A stretch of DNA of 23,435 nucleotides. It comes from Perkinsela sp. CCAP 1560/9. Lineage: Eukaryota; Protista; Euglenozoa: Kinetoplastea. The translations under genes were made by a program, and so were the position numbers. The notes beneath the pieces were generated by a model that worked only from the letters and a program-made list of their open reading frames with translations, had not been told where the DNA came from and did not search any database. Of this stretch, positions 7,543 to 16,607 are shown one piece after another; the stretch's first letter is position 1, and each line of letters opens with the position of its first letter. Location: positions 1-23,435 of the forward strand of contig CBFFSA010000079.1 of assembly GCA_965644495.1 (NCBI GenBank). The letters are read 5' to 3'.

Positions 7543-10500
7543 ATGTCTGAAGACGATCTTCTCAAAGCCTCACCTCCGCCGATGGACGACGATTCATTTT
7601 TACAAGAGGAAGCAGTACACAATAGAGGATCCTGGGACCAGTTTGCTGGAAACGCACATCTCATTAAGCAACGGAGTACGTACAACGAATTGCTCTACAC
7701 GACCCCTATTCCTGCGAACATTCCGGAAGAATGGAACATGAACGCCGCCTTGATCTCAACTGAGAACCAGACACGTGATACGGGACAGGTAGATAGTAGC
7801 GATGAGGAAACAAACCACTCACGAGTCATCAGATTACATCATGGACACCAAAAAACGCAATCTGATAGCAACACTATCACTAAAAAGTTTACTCGATGCC
7901 AGCCATCTTCCACACCCCCAAGCGTCAAAGGGAATCGGGGAATCGTAAAGTCTCATCGAAAAGCGCGCGAACCAGCTACACCTCGAAAAGGGGAAGCGAC
8001 GGAACATAACCCCGAAAACAACTCTCCACGCCAAATAGTACAAGGAACTTCCCTTGAAATCCCACCTTCGACGAGCGAAGCAGTTCTCACGTTTCCATCT
8101 TCCCAAAACCGTCCGACACAAAGGGAGTGCCCCGCAGAAAACTGTATTTGGAAAACTCGTGCCCATGGAGGTCAATGGCAGTCGTACTACAACCACGTTG
8201 CTTACCGACACGGAAATAACATACCCAATGACTGGTGGACAAAGGAAGGACGATTTCTCTGCGACGCATGCGGTCGTCATTACGATATTAGCAAGAAAAC
8301 TTCTCATTTGAATCATTGTAAAATGCAATCTACACCACCCTCCTCGCAGCCGCCCTCACAACCACAGCAGCCTTCACAGCTGTCAGAGTCCGGGGAAGCC
8401 ATGTACGATATACAAGGTACGCATAGTCTACCGTCCCTAGAGGAAGTTTGCACGACTCAAATAAGCACGTGCAAGGATGTCCCACACCGATGTCGATATC
8501 TGTGGACCAGAATTTTTACCGCAGCCCTCTCCACCGCGGTAAACGAAAACTCACTGAGAGCCTGGACCCTTCTTGCCTTGCTTCCGAAATGCGTCCTACC
8601 AGCCCCGTACCGAGGAGGCCGCAAAGCTCACAAGTCCTATACCTCCTACATCTCAAAGCGAATGGAACTTTGGATACAAGGCCAATATACCACCCTATGG
8701 GCCCAAGCAAATTCGGAGCATGACAGGAAGCGCTCAAAAGTGCCGAATAATGAGATTGAGGGTGAAGAAGACAAGGCTGCAATACGGGCTGAAATTCTGG
8801 TTCGCCAAGGAGAATTTTCCCGAGGCATGGCTGCCCTTACTGCAGCTCCACTTGCACCATACAGCGAGGAAACCCTGCTAAAGCTGCAGGAAAAACACCC
8901 TAGCCCCCATGGTAATCCCATCTCGTGCCCCCTACCTCCCCTGGAAGAAGAAGCTTTAAAACTGGACGAATCCGAGGTGAGAAAAGCAGTAGATACCTTC
9001 CGTCGCGGATCCTCTGCTGGGACTATGGGGCTCCGGCCTGAACACCTCCAAACAGCGCTTCAAGAGCACGTCGACCAGAATATGAATCCTCTTACGACGC
9101 TCACTTCCTTCGTAAACCATCTCCTAGCTGGCAAAGCCCCAGACGAAGTGCAACCTTTTTTTGCAGGGGCACGGCTATGCGCACTCGAAAAAGGGGAAGA
9201 TGACGTGCGGCCTATCGCTGCGGGGGAAACCCTTAGACGCCTGGTGAGCAAGGCAGTGTGCCTTTCGATAAAAGAAAAAGCAGGATCCTTCTTTGGACGT
9301 CGTCAATACGGGGTCGCAGCGTCTGCTGGGGCGGAAAGAGTGATACACCTTTGTCGCCGTCTAATGAGAAATAATGAAGAAAATGAGAACATAACGTTCT
9401 GTAAGGTGGATCTTCGGAACGCCTTTAATAACGTGAGCCGACCCGTCTTCATCTTTCTCACACGAAAGCATTTCCCTGAACTATCCCCATGGGTAGAATG
9501 GTGTTATGCCAATCACAGCTGTCTCACATTCGGCAATGATTTTATCCCCTCGGCAGAAGGAGTGCAACAAGGAGACCCTCTGGGCCCACTCCTCTTCTCC
9601 TTGGTGTTAGCAGAGGTAACAGAAGAAATTGCATCAAATTCTAACCTACGAACACAATTATGGTATTTAGATGACGGTGTGCTTGTAGGTGAGCCCAAAG
9701 AAGTCCGTAAAGCCCTAGACGTCCTCGACGAGATAGGACCGAAGTGGGGACTCTTCCTGAATCTCTCCAAGTGCGAGATCATTACCCCCCCAGCATCAGC
9801 TCATACCTCCGTTTTCTTTCCTGACATCCCCAGTGATAAAATACGGTACGACGGGAACTTCGACATTCTTGGAAGCCCAATAGGCTCTGCGGAACACTGT
9901 GCGGAGTTTCTCATGACACACGCGATTGAACCAGCCCGCGAAACATTAGAAGCTACTGCTGTGTTAGAAGATCCCCAAATAGCTCTCGCACTAATACGGC
10001 AATGTTCGGGGTTTTGTCAGATGGTGTACGCACTGCGCACCACTCCTCCCCAAGCCCTTGGAGAATTATGCCAAAAACTTGACTCTCATCTAGTCCAGGC
10101 CGTGGAGCACGCAATTTCTCCCTTAGGCGTCGCCGCTCGCGACCAAATACAACGACCAAAACGCCACGGCGGGTTCGGACTTCGCTCATCAATTCTCCAC
10201 CAGTCAGCAGCCTACGTTTCTTCCGTCGCGCACGCCGCTAGCTTGGACAACTGGGACCCCACAGAAGCTGAGGGATTTTCCAGCTCAGCACATGACATAA
10301 ATGACAAAGTTGGGACTGATCTGGTTGATCCATACACTGGACGCATTACCAAACCTAGTGTGCCTGGTGAATATCATGCAAATCGGAGCATCCTTTCCCG
10401 CCCATCGAAAAGAAAACTCGCACAATCCCTCAATCACGCCCTTCTCCCGGTCTCGACGGATCAGGAAAAGATCATCCCGAGGCAAAAACATCTCAGCCAA

Positions 10501-11343
10501 GCTATCTCGGATAGGGAATTTCAAACGGCATATTCAAAGGCAGACGCAAGAACGCGGGCGCGATGGATCTCGCAGTCCGGAAAAGGGGCCGGAAACTGGG
10601 CTTTCGCAACTCCCTCCAAGACCAGAGGCTACGCTTTCACCCACACGGAGTTTCGTACCCTAACACGCTGGTGGCTAGGCATGGACGTCTTCCCCGAAGA
10701 TCGGCCTTGCCCAGCTGACGGGTGCACCCTTCCCTTGCTCAAGAATGGAGAGCACGCTTTGCTCTGCAAGAACGGCCATGGTATCATCTCACGGCACAAC
10801 GCTCTGGCCCAACAATTTACATCGTTCTGCAGCAGAGCCTTCCTGGCGCCACAGAGAGAGAAGAGTTTGGGAAATCGGGGTCCTGGGGGGGCTCTCACGA
10901 GACCAGCAGACGTATTTCTGCCAACTGCCTCCATCGCCAAAGGATCTTTAGCGCAAGGCATGGTCCTAGATTTTGCGGTCACTCACGCACAGCAAACAAA
11001 GTATTTGGACTCAGTCCACAATGCTAGCTGGGTGACCCCGGGGTCTTTTGCCGAGCACTTCGCGGAGACCAAGGCGCGACAGCGACAAGAAGCAGAAAAA
11101 GCAGGACACCTCTTCACAGCGATGGTGGTGGAATCCTTTGGTTCCTGGAGCGAGAGTGCGCTAGCGTTACTCCGGGACATCGGAACCCAACGGGCGAATG
11201 CATCCAAAGGGCTCCTTTCACGAGACCAAGCGCGAAACGATCTCCTAACAGATCTGAACGTGACGCTAATGCGTTCTCAAGCCAGGATGATGGTTTCGCG
11301 CATCCGCGTAGAGGACCCAGCGGATCCTTTGGTAGAGGCTTAA
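7543..11343 (+). CDS. Retrotransposon protein: LsmAD-like N-terminus, two zinc fingers, reverse transcriptase, CCHC knuckle, restriction-like endonuclease
   Basis: The ORF is uninterrupted. Zinc fingers CPAENC..H....H and CDAC..H...C lie at 8128-8319. RT motifs are VRPIAAGE, VDLRNAFN, GVQQGDPLGP and WYLDDG. The C-terminus has CPADGC..HALLC and RPADV...DFAV...K...ESFG. Confidence 0.93.
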   Translation: MSEDDLLKASPPPMDDDSFLQEEAVHNRGSWDQFAGNAHLIKQRSTYNELLYTTPIPANIPEEWNMNAALISTENQTRDTGQVDSSDEETNHSRVIRLHHGHQKTQSDSNTITKKFTRCQPSSTPPSVKGNRGIVKSHRKAREPATPRKGEATEHNPENNSPRQIVQGTSLEIPPSTSEAVLTFPSSQNRPTQRECPAENCIWKTRAHGGQWQSYYNHVAYRHGNNIPNDWWTKEGRFLCDACGRHYDISKKTSHLNHCKMQSTPPSSQPPSQPQQPSQLSESGEAMYDIQGTHSLPSLEEVCTTQISTCKDVPHRCRYLWTRIFTAALSTAVNENSLRAWTLLALLPKCVLPAPYRGGRKAHKSYTSYISKRMELWIQGQYTTLWAQANSEHDRKRSKVPNNEIEGEEDKAAIRAEILVRQGEFSRGMAALTAAPLAPYSEETLLKLQEKHPSPHGNPISCPLPPLEEEALKLDESEVRKAVDTFRRGSSAGTMGLRPEHLQTALQEHVDQNMNPLTTLTSFVNHLLAGKAPDEVQPFFAGARLCALEKGEDDVRPIAAGETLRRLVSKAVCLSIKEKAGSFFGRRQYGVAASAGAERVIHLCRRLMRNNEENENITFCKVDLRNAFNNVSRPVFIFLTRKHFPELSPWVEWCYANHSCLTFGNDFIPSAEGVQQGDPLGPLLFSLVLAEVTEEIASNSNLRTQLWYLDDGVLVGEPKEVRKALDVLDEIGPKWGLFLNLSKCEIITPPASAHTSVFFPDIPSDKIRYDGNFDILGSPIGSAEHCAEFLMTHAIEPARETLEATAVLEDPQIALALIRQCSGFCQMVYALRTTPPQALGELCQKLDSHLVQAVEHAISPLGVAARDQIQRPKRHGGFGLRSSILHQSAAYVSSVAHAASLDNWDPTEAEGFSSSAHDINDKVGTDLVDPYTGRITKPSVPGEYHANRSILSRPSKRKLAQSLNHALLPVSTDQEKIIPRQKHLSQAISDREFQTAYSKADARTRARWISQSGKGAGNWAFATPSKTRGYAFTHTEFRTLTRWWLGMDVFPEDRPCPADGCTLPLLKNGEHALLCKNGHGIISRHNALAQQFTSFCSRAFLAPQREKSLGNRGPGGALTRPADVFLPTASIAKGSLAQGMVLDFAVTHAQQTKYLDSVHNASWVTPGSFAEHFAETKARQRQEAEKAGHLFTAMVVESFGSWSESALALLRDIGTQRANASKGLLSRDQARNDLLTDLNVTLMRSQARMMVSRIRVEDPADPLVEA

Positions 11344-11802
11344 GCCTCTACTGACAGTCCAGTTTCAGCACGAAGACGCCATAATATCCAGGACGGGTGC
11401 TGGCCGGGTCGACAGAGTCTATGCTCACGCCTAGCCCGCGAGGGCTAGGTACCCCAAGTGAGGTAGTACACGGGTAGTGAATCTCCTCCCCGTCGACCAG
11501 CATCCTGTTTCGCGACCGTGTCGCTGTCGACACAGGCCCGCGCCTGCGCCCTCCCATATAACAAGGGAAGGGTTCACAAGTCAGGCCGTGGTGAGGTCGA
11601 AAGACCCGGTCCGGGACGCGCGAATGGATTGGGTCTGTATTGCTTGTTTTAGTTTTTACTGTTTCTTGTTTGTAGTATATACTTAGGGGAGATTAAATTG
11701 CTAGTTTTGGGCTGAGAGAAAAAAACAAAAGGTACATCTGTGGAAACAAAAAGATTTGCTAATTTGATTGCTTATTAAAAAAAAAAAAAAAAAAAAAAAA
11801 AA

Positions 11803-12026
11803 TATGACGGACGAGTCCGTCAGTAGGGACGCGTCAGTCGGAAGGGAGTAAGTGGGGGAAGGGAAGTGAGTGTAGTGAGGGGAAGGAAGTAGGGGAAGGA
11901 AGGAAGGAAGGAAGTAGGGGTAGGAAGGAAGTAGGGTGAAGGGTTTTAAGTGGTGGAAAGTTCGAAACGTACATAAAAACATTAGACTCAATACTACTCC
12001 CCCCCAAAAAAAAAAAAAAAAAAAAA
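11803..12026 (+). mobile_element. Purine-rich poly(A)-tailed fragment, probably the 3' end of another related family
   Basis: It has a GGAA/TAGGG-rich body and ends ATACTACTCCCCCCC(A)21, like the ATACTTCTCCCCCC end of the shared UTR. It starts with the hairpin TGACGGA-CGAG-TCCGTCA. Confidence 0.55.
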
Positions 12027-12298
12027 CGTCGAAAGACCCGGTCCGGAACGCGCGAATGGTTAGGGGAAAGTCTGCCCCTCCTAGCAGAGGGAGACCTTAC
12101 CCTCCCTGGAAAGCTGGAAAGATTCGTAAGGGGAAGTGGGTAAGATGGGAAAGCATGCATTTACTAGTTTTATATTTTGCTCGTTTTCAAAATGGGGGGA
12201 AGTTAGGGAAAGAAGTTGAGCAAGTAGGAAAGTAAGTGAGAAAGTCATACCGTACATACATATACAAAAGTCAAAAAAAAAAAAAAAAAGAAAAAAAA
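12027..12298 (+). mobile_element. Variant 3'UTR fragment with poly(A)
   Basis: It shares GTCGAAAGACCCGGTCCGGAACGCGCGAATGG with the common UTR, then diverges into purine-rich sequence. The A-tract spans 12273-12298. Confidence 0.65.
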
Positions 12299-12317
12299 CG
12301 ATCTTTAACGATAAAAA

Positions 12318-12356
12318 AATCTTTAACGATAAAGATACAGTTTCTGTACCTTGTTG
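12318..12356 (+). other. SL-like exon at the 5' end of element D, preceded by a partial duplicate at 12301-12315
   Basis: It is the same 39-mer as 7458-7496, and ATCTTTAACGATAAA is repeated immediately upstream. Confidence 0.8.
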
Positions 12357-12402
12357 AATTATTTTCTATATTTCATCCTTTTTCAGGTACGCGGTTCGTT
12401 CT

Positions 12403-13005
12403 ATGTCAGGCGAAGACCACTTTGAAGAGCCATCTCCTATGGATGACGATTCGTTTTTGCATGAGGAGGCGACTCATAAAACAGGATCCTGGGACCAGTT
12501 CGCGGGTAATGCGCATCTCATTAAACAGCCGAGTACCTACAATGAACTACTATACACAACTCCTATACCTGCGAATATTCCTCATGACTGGTGCAAAAAT
12601 GCTGCTTTGATTTCCCACGAAAAACCGACGCCTGATACAGGACGCGAGGATGGCAGCGATGAAGAATCAAATCACTCTCGTGTGCTTATCGGCCCAGATC
12701 ACAACACCCAATCACCACAGTCTGAAAAGGATTCTGTCGCAAGGAAGTTCTCTCGACGTCGAGTAACCACTATACCTCCCTGCGCTAAAGGACATATTCG
12801 AGGCATCATAAAAACCACCAAGACGCGAGAGAAAACCACGCCCATTAGAGGCGAAGCGTCGGACCTTAGGGCACACGACAAGGACCCATGCGATAGAGGA
12901 GATTCTCCTGCAATGGAGCTCGATCCATCCGCTGGGACCGCCGTTCACGAACAAACTCCCCCTTATTTCCCGCTGTCGCAGCAACAAGGAACGGGGGAGG
13001 GGGGG
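12403..13005 (+). pseudogene. Element D: N-terminal remnant of a C-related retrotransposon ORF, 3'-truncated (end approximate)
   Basis: The 5'UTR and MSGEDHFEEPSPMDDDSFL..WDQFAGNAHLIKQPSTYNELLYTTPIP align with the C N-terminus. The ORF runs into a palindromic repeat before reaching the zinc fingers or RT. Confidence 0.85.
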
Positions 13006-13008
13006 CAC

Positions 13009-13141
13009 TCGATGAATATTCATCGAACGCACTGTCCGTTCGATGAATATTCATCGAACAGGACATCCTGTTCGATGAATGGATTGCAGTACGACCCGTT
13101 CGATGAATCATTCATCGAACAGGATGTCCTGTTCGATGAAT
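13009..13141. repeat. Cluster of overlapping palindromes built from (G)TTCGATGAAT / ATTCATCGAAC half-sites
   Basis: GTTCGATGAATATTCATCGAAC is a perfect 22-bp palindrome. About eight half-sites are present, mostly in alternating orientation. Confidence 0.85.
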
Positions 13142-13811
13142 GAAAACGCAATTTTTTTTTGTAAAAAAATAGCTCGTTTCGGTCTGCATCATGCTCCTGG
13201 CTGCTACCTTGATCCGTAAGACAAAAACAAATCCGAAACGTTATCAAAAAGCGGAAGGATTCTTAAAACTATTGCCTCATAAGTTTACAAAGATAAAATC
13301 ATAACTTACAAATACACAAACCTGCGGAAGTGGCAGACACAGGTCCTCAGTGCGCGACCCAAAAAATATTGGGTTGGGGGTACGTTCGTTGTACTCAACG
13401 AACTGCCGGATTTTCGTTGAGTACTCAACGAACGGAAATTTACGGTGCAAGTCAAGGACTTTTGCATATGTCAAGGACTTTTGTGGAACACCCAAGAATT
13501 TTTTTTTGATTTTCATTTTCCGTGCGTTCAGTATCCTACACTTCACTATATACGTTGACAACGCCTGCGTAGCGAAAACTACGAAATTCAGTGAGCTTCG
13601 CAAATTGCTTCCCACTAACGACGCACAGGGGAATCCTACGCGGGGTACGGCTCAGGCCCGCTCACGCGGGCCCTCGCCGTTTCGCGGCCGCGCGCACCCC
13701 CGCTCACGCGGGGGCCCCCGCGCGGCCAAAATGGGTACTAAAATTTGTTATCAAGGTAGTTGGGCTTCGCAAATTGCTTCCCACGAATCTAGAGAGAAGC
13801 ACACGTACAAT
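13142..13811 (+). promoter_or_regulatory. Non-coding spacer rich in direct and inverted repeats, directly upstream of an SL-like exon; candidate SL RNA gene upstream region
   Basis: This is the only plus-strand SL copy not preceded by poly(A). GCTTCGCAAATTGCTTCCCAC occurs at 13595-13615 and 13764-13784, GTCAAGGACTTTTG occurs twice, and GC-rich hairpins lie at 13656-13727. Promoter function is inferred only. Confidence 0.35.
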
Positions 13812-13850
13812 AATCTTTGACGATAAAGATACAGTTTCTGTACCTTGTTG
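13812..13850 (+). other. SL-like exon at the 5' end of element E
   Basis: AATCTTTGACGATAAAGATACAGTTTCTGTACCTTGTTG has one substitution relative to the other copies. A U-rich UTR and an ATG at 13874 follow. Confidence 0.8.
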
Positions 13851-14050
13851 ATTATTTACTTTTTTTACCTTTCATGGGAGTGTTCACACGCTCCAAAGCA
13901 AAAGAATCAGGAGTAGCTCCTGAGATTTTGCCGCTCCCTCGTGCCCGATGGAAAAAGAAGGCCGTGATGCCAACTCATCCGCCCGCCGTGCTAATATCCA
14001 CCACCTCCGCATGGAGCGCGCGGGTCGCCAAAAAATATAATTATGTCCCA

Positions 14051-14194
14051 GGGCTACGCTCACAGTTGGGCCTTTCTCGAAAAGGAGGGCTTTGCCTCCA
14101 GAAGCGGGCTACGCTCACAGTTGGGCCTTGCTCGCAGACGGGGGCCTTGCTTGCACACTTGGGCTTCGCTGACAGTTGGGCCTTGCCTCCAGAC
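14051..14194 (+). repeat. Minisatellite with a 55-bp period made of 17/19/19-bp GGGC(C/T)T-initiated subunits
   Basis: GGGCTACGCTCACAGTTGGGCCTT occurs at 14051 and 14106, with a variant at 14161. Confidence 0.85.
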
Positions 14195-14255
14195 ATGTAA
14201 ACGAGATGGTAATGTTTTGCTCGTTCCGGGGGCCGCCAACTTTTTCCCCGCAGCA

Positions 14256-16607
14256 GAGCCCCTGGAGTTGGATGAATCTGAAATCGCGAAGGCAATCAAG
14301 GGCTTTCACAGAGGCTCCTCCGCGGGTACCTTGGGATTACGCCCCGAGCATTTACAGGCAGCGCTCCTTACCCACGGAGGCAAGAACACAGACCCACTCG
14401 AATCCCTTACGAAGCTCGCTAATCATCTCCTCGCAGGAAAAGCACCAAAGGAAGTACAGAGTCACTTTGCGGGAGCCCGACTGTGTGCCCTAGAGAAAGG
14501 TGAAAACGACGTTCGCCCAATTGCCGCCGGGGAAACTTTGCGACGGTTAGTGAGCAAGGCTGCATGCAACGCAGTCAGGTCCAAGGCTAGAACTCTTTTT
14601 GCAGGACGGCAATTTGGTGTGGCTACCCCAGCTGGGGATGAACGCATTATCCACATGTGCCGCTTGGCCATCTCATCAAACATGGACTGCTCCAACTTTG
14701 TACTCTGCAAAGTTGACCTACGGAACGCTTTCAACAACGTGAGCAGGACTTGTTTTCTTCCTCTAGTCCAAGATCACTTCCCAGAGCTATTCCCATGGAT
14801 AAGCTGGTGTTACTCGAACCCCAGCTCCCTCACCTATGGACTCCGATCACTTTCTTCTGAAGAGGGAGTGCAACAGGGCGACCCTTTAGGACCGCTACTC
14901 TTCTCGCTAGTGTCCTTAGCGCTCGCAGAAGCAATTGCTCTTCAGGCTAACCTCTTTGCCCAGTTATGGTACCTCGATGACGGCGTCCTCATTGGACAAG
15001 CGCAAGACGTTAGGAACGCCCTCGACACGATTGCCCGAGTAGGTCCACAATGGGGTTTACATCTTAACATGTCTAAATGTGAGATCGTTACAACCCCGGC
15101 ATCGGCACACCACGCCTCCGAATTTCCAGATATCCCCTCCAATAAGATCAATGTCCACGGCAATTTCGACATCCTTGGGAGCCCGGTGGGATCGCCAGAA
15201 CATTGCTCAGAGTACCTCGAGACACATGCCATAGGCCCCGCGGAGGACACGCTTGACGCGATAGCCACCATCCGGGACCCACAGGTCGCACTTGCCCTTA
15301 TCAGACAGTGTGCTGGGTTTTGCAAGATGGTGTACGCTCTGAGAAGTATACCGCCCCAAGCCATAACCCATCTATGCACCCGACTCGACGGCTTTCTTAT
15401 GACTGCTACCGAAGCAATAATTTGCCCCCTGGATCGCCACGCGCGATCTCAGGTACAGCGTTTGAAGCGGCACGGCGGTTTTGGATTAAGGTCCGCAGCG
15501 TTGCACGCCACGGCCGCCTACGTATCTTCCGTCGCTTTCTGTGCGGCCAGAGACTCATGGAACCCCACTGACGCAGATGGATTCGCGGAAGCTGTCAGGG
15601 ATATCAACAAGAAGGCCGGAATATCTTTACTTGACTCGCGAGGCCGTATCCTCACAGCGCCGAACGCCCCTTGCGAAAAAGCAGTTGGCAGCCCTTTCTC
15701 CCATAGAAAGAGGAAACGCCCCCTAGGTGTCATCGATCAGCCTCCCTCGGAGATCTGCCTACCCCTGCGCATAACTTCCCGCACCATGCATACACCTGAG
15801 GAAATACACTTTTCTACACCGCTGTACGCCTCGGAGGATTGTGCTGATACGACCCCCCCGCAATGGTTGAAAGGGAAGATCCCTCGCCAGCGAGACATCA
15901 GCTACGCGATCGCGGCCCACGATTTCTCCCAATCATACGAAATGTCAGATGTGCGGACACGAGCACGATGGATATCTCAGTGCGGTAAAGGGGCAAGCAG
16001 CTGGGCTTTTGTAACCCCGTCTAAGGACATGGGGTATTCCTTTACCCCTACAGCATTTCGAACCTTGGCCCGTTGGTGGTTAGGGATCGATGTTTACCCT
16101 GAAGAAGGGAAGTGTCCTATGCCGAAATGCCCTCTTCCACTCGACACAAAAGGGGACCACGCATTGTCTTGCAAGCACGACAACGGAATTATCGCGAGGC
16201 ACAATGCCGTGGCAGATCAGTTCACGGACCTTTGCAGCAGAGCCAAACTGGCCCCACAACGGGAGAAAAGTCTTGGCAACAGAGGCCCAGGGGGGGCCCT
16301 CACCAGACCTGGCGACGTATACCTGCGCAGTCTTTTCTTGGGGAATCCCATCGTGCTTGACTTCGCGGTCACCCATGCTCAGCAACTAAAATATACGGAC
16401 AAAGTCCGGAACGCTAGCTGGGTAACCGCGGGGTCGTTTGCCGAGCATTATTCCTCCATGGAGAAGGGTAGGCAGCGCCGGGAAGCCGTTGACGCCGGGT
16501 GTGACTTTACGGCCATGGTGGTCGAAAGCTATGGCGCCTGGAGCCCCAGTGCTTCAGCAGTGATCCGCAAAGTTGGGGAACGTCTCTCACATGCCTCGTG
16601 TGGGTTA
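14256..16607 (+). pseudogene. RT / CCHC knuckle / restriction-like endonuclease coding region of element E, incomplete at both ends
   Basis: Motifs are VRPIAAGE, VDLRNAFN, GVQQGDPLGP, WYLDDG, CPMPKC..HALSC, RPGDV..DFAV and ESYG. It ends at ASCGL (ASKGL in C) and lacks the last ~38 aa. Confidence 0.88.

Larger units (their letters stand above)
7458..11802 (+). mobile_element. Element C: apparently full-length, intact CRE-clade non-LTR retrotransposon
   Basis: It has an SL-like head, a 46-nt 5'UTR, a single 1266-aa ORF, a 3'UTR at 11344-11776 and A26 at 11777-11802. Confidence 0.93.
13812..16607 (+). mobile_element. Element E: rearranged CRE-clade retrotransposon, internally deleted or chimeric at the 5' end and 3'-truncated by the 18-mer array
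   Basis: It has an SL head and an ATG at 13874 that is out of frame with the RT. Homology to C starts only at about 14256 (EPLELDESE). There is no natural stop, 3'UTR or poly(A). Confidence 0.85.

Noticed and set aside
7458-7560. Functional SL RNA gene
   Set aside because: No GT splice donor or recognisable SL intron follows any SL copy.
5779-7685. Short ORFs in the UTR fragments and antisense ORFs over RT genes
   Set aside because: They cross poly(A) tracts, are not frame-conserved among UTR variants, or are shadows of the RT ORFs.
12413-12423. 11-nt match AAGACCACTTT to the 18-mer inside ORF D, as a possible template
   Set aside because: It encodes EDHF, is not conserved in C, and an 11-nt match to any phase of the repeat is plausible by chance in 16 kb.
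16602-16607. Single GGGTTA canonical telomere unit at the junction
   Set aside because: It encodes Gly-Leu, homologous to ASKGL in C, so it is element sequence.
3156-16607. Group II intron, retron or other bacterial RT system
   Set aside because: Poly(A) tails, 5' truncations, the CCHC knuckle plus restriction-like endonuclease and SL-like heads identify eukaryotic non-LTR retrotransposons.
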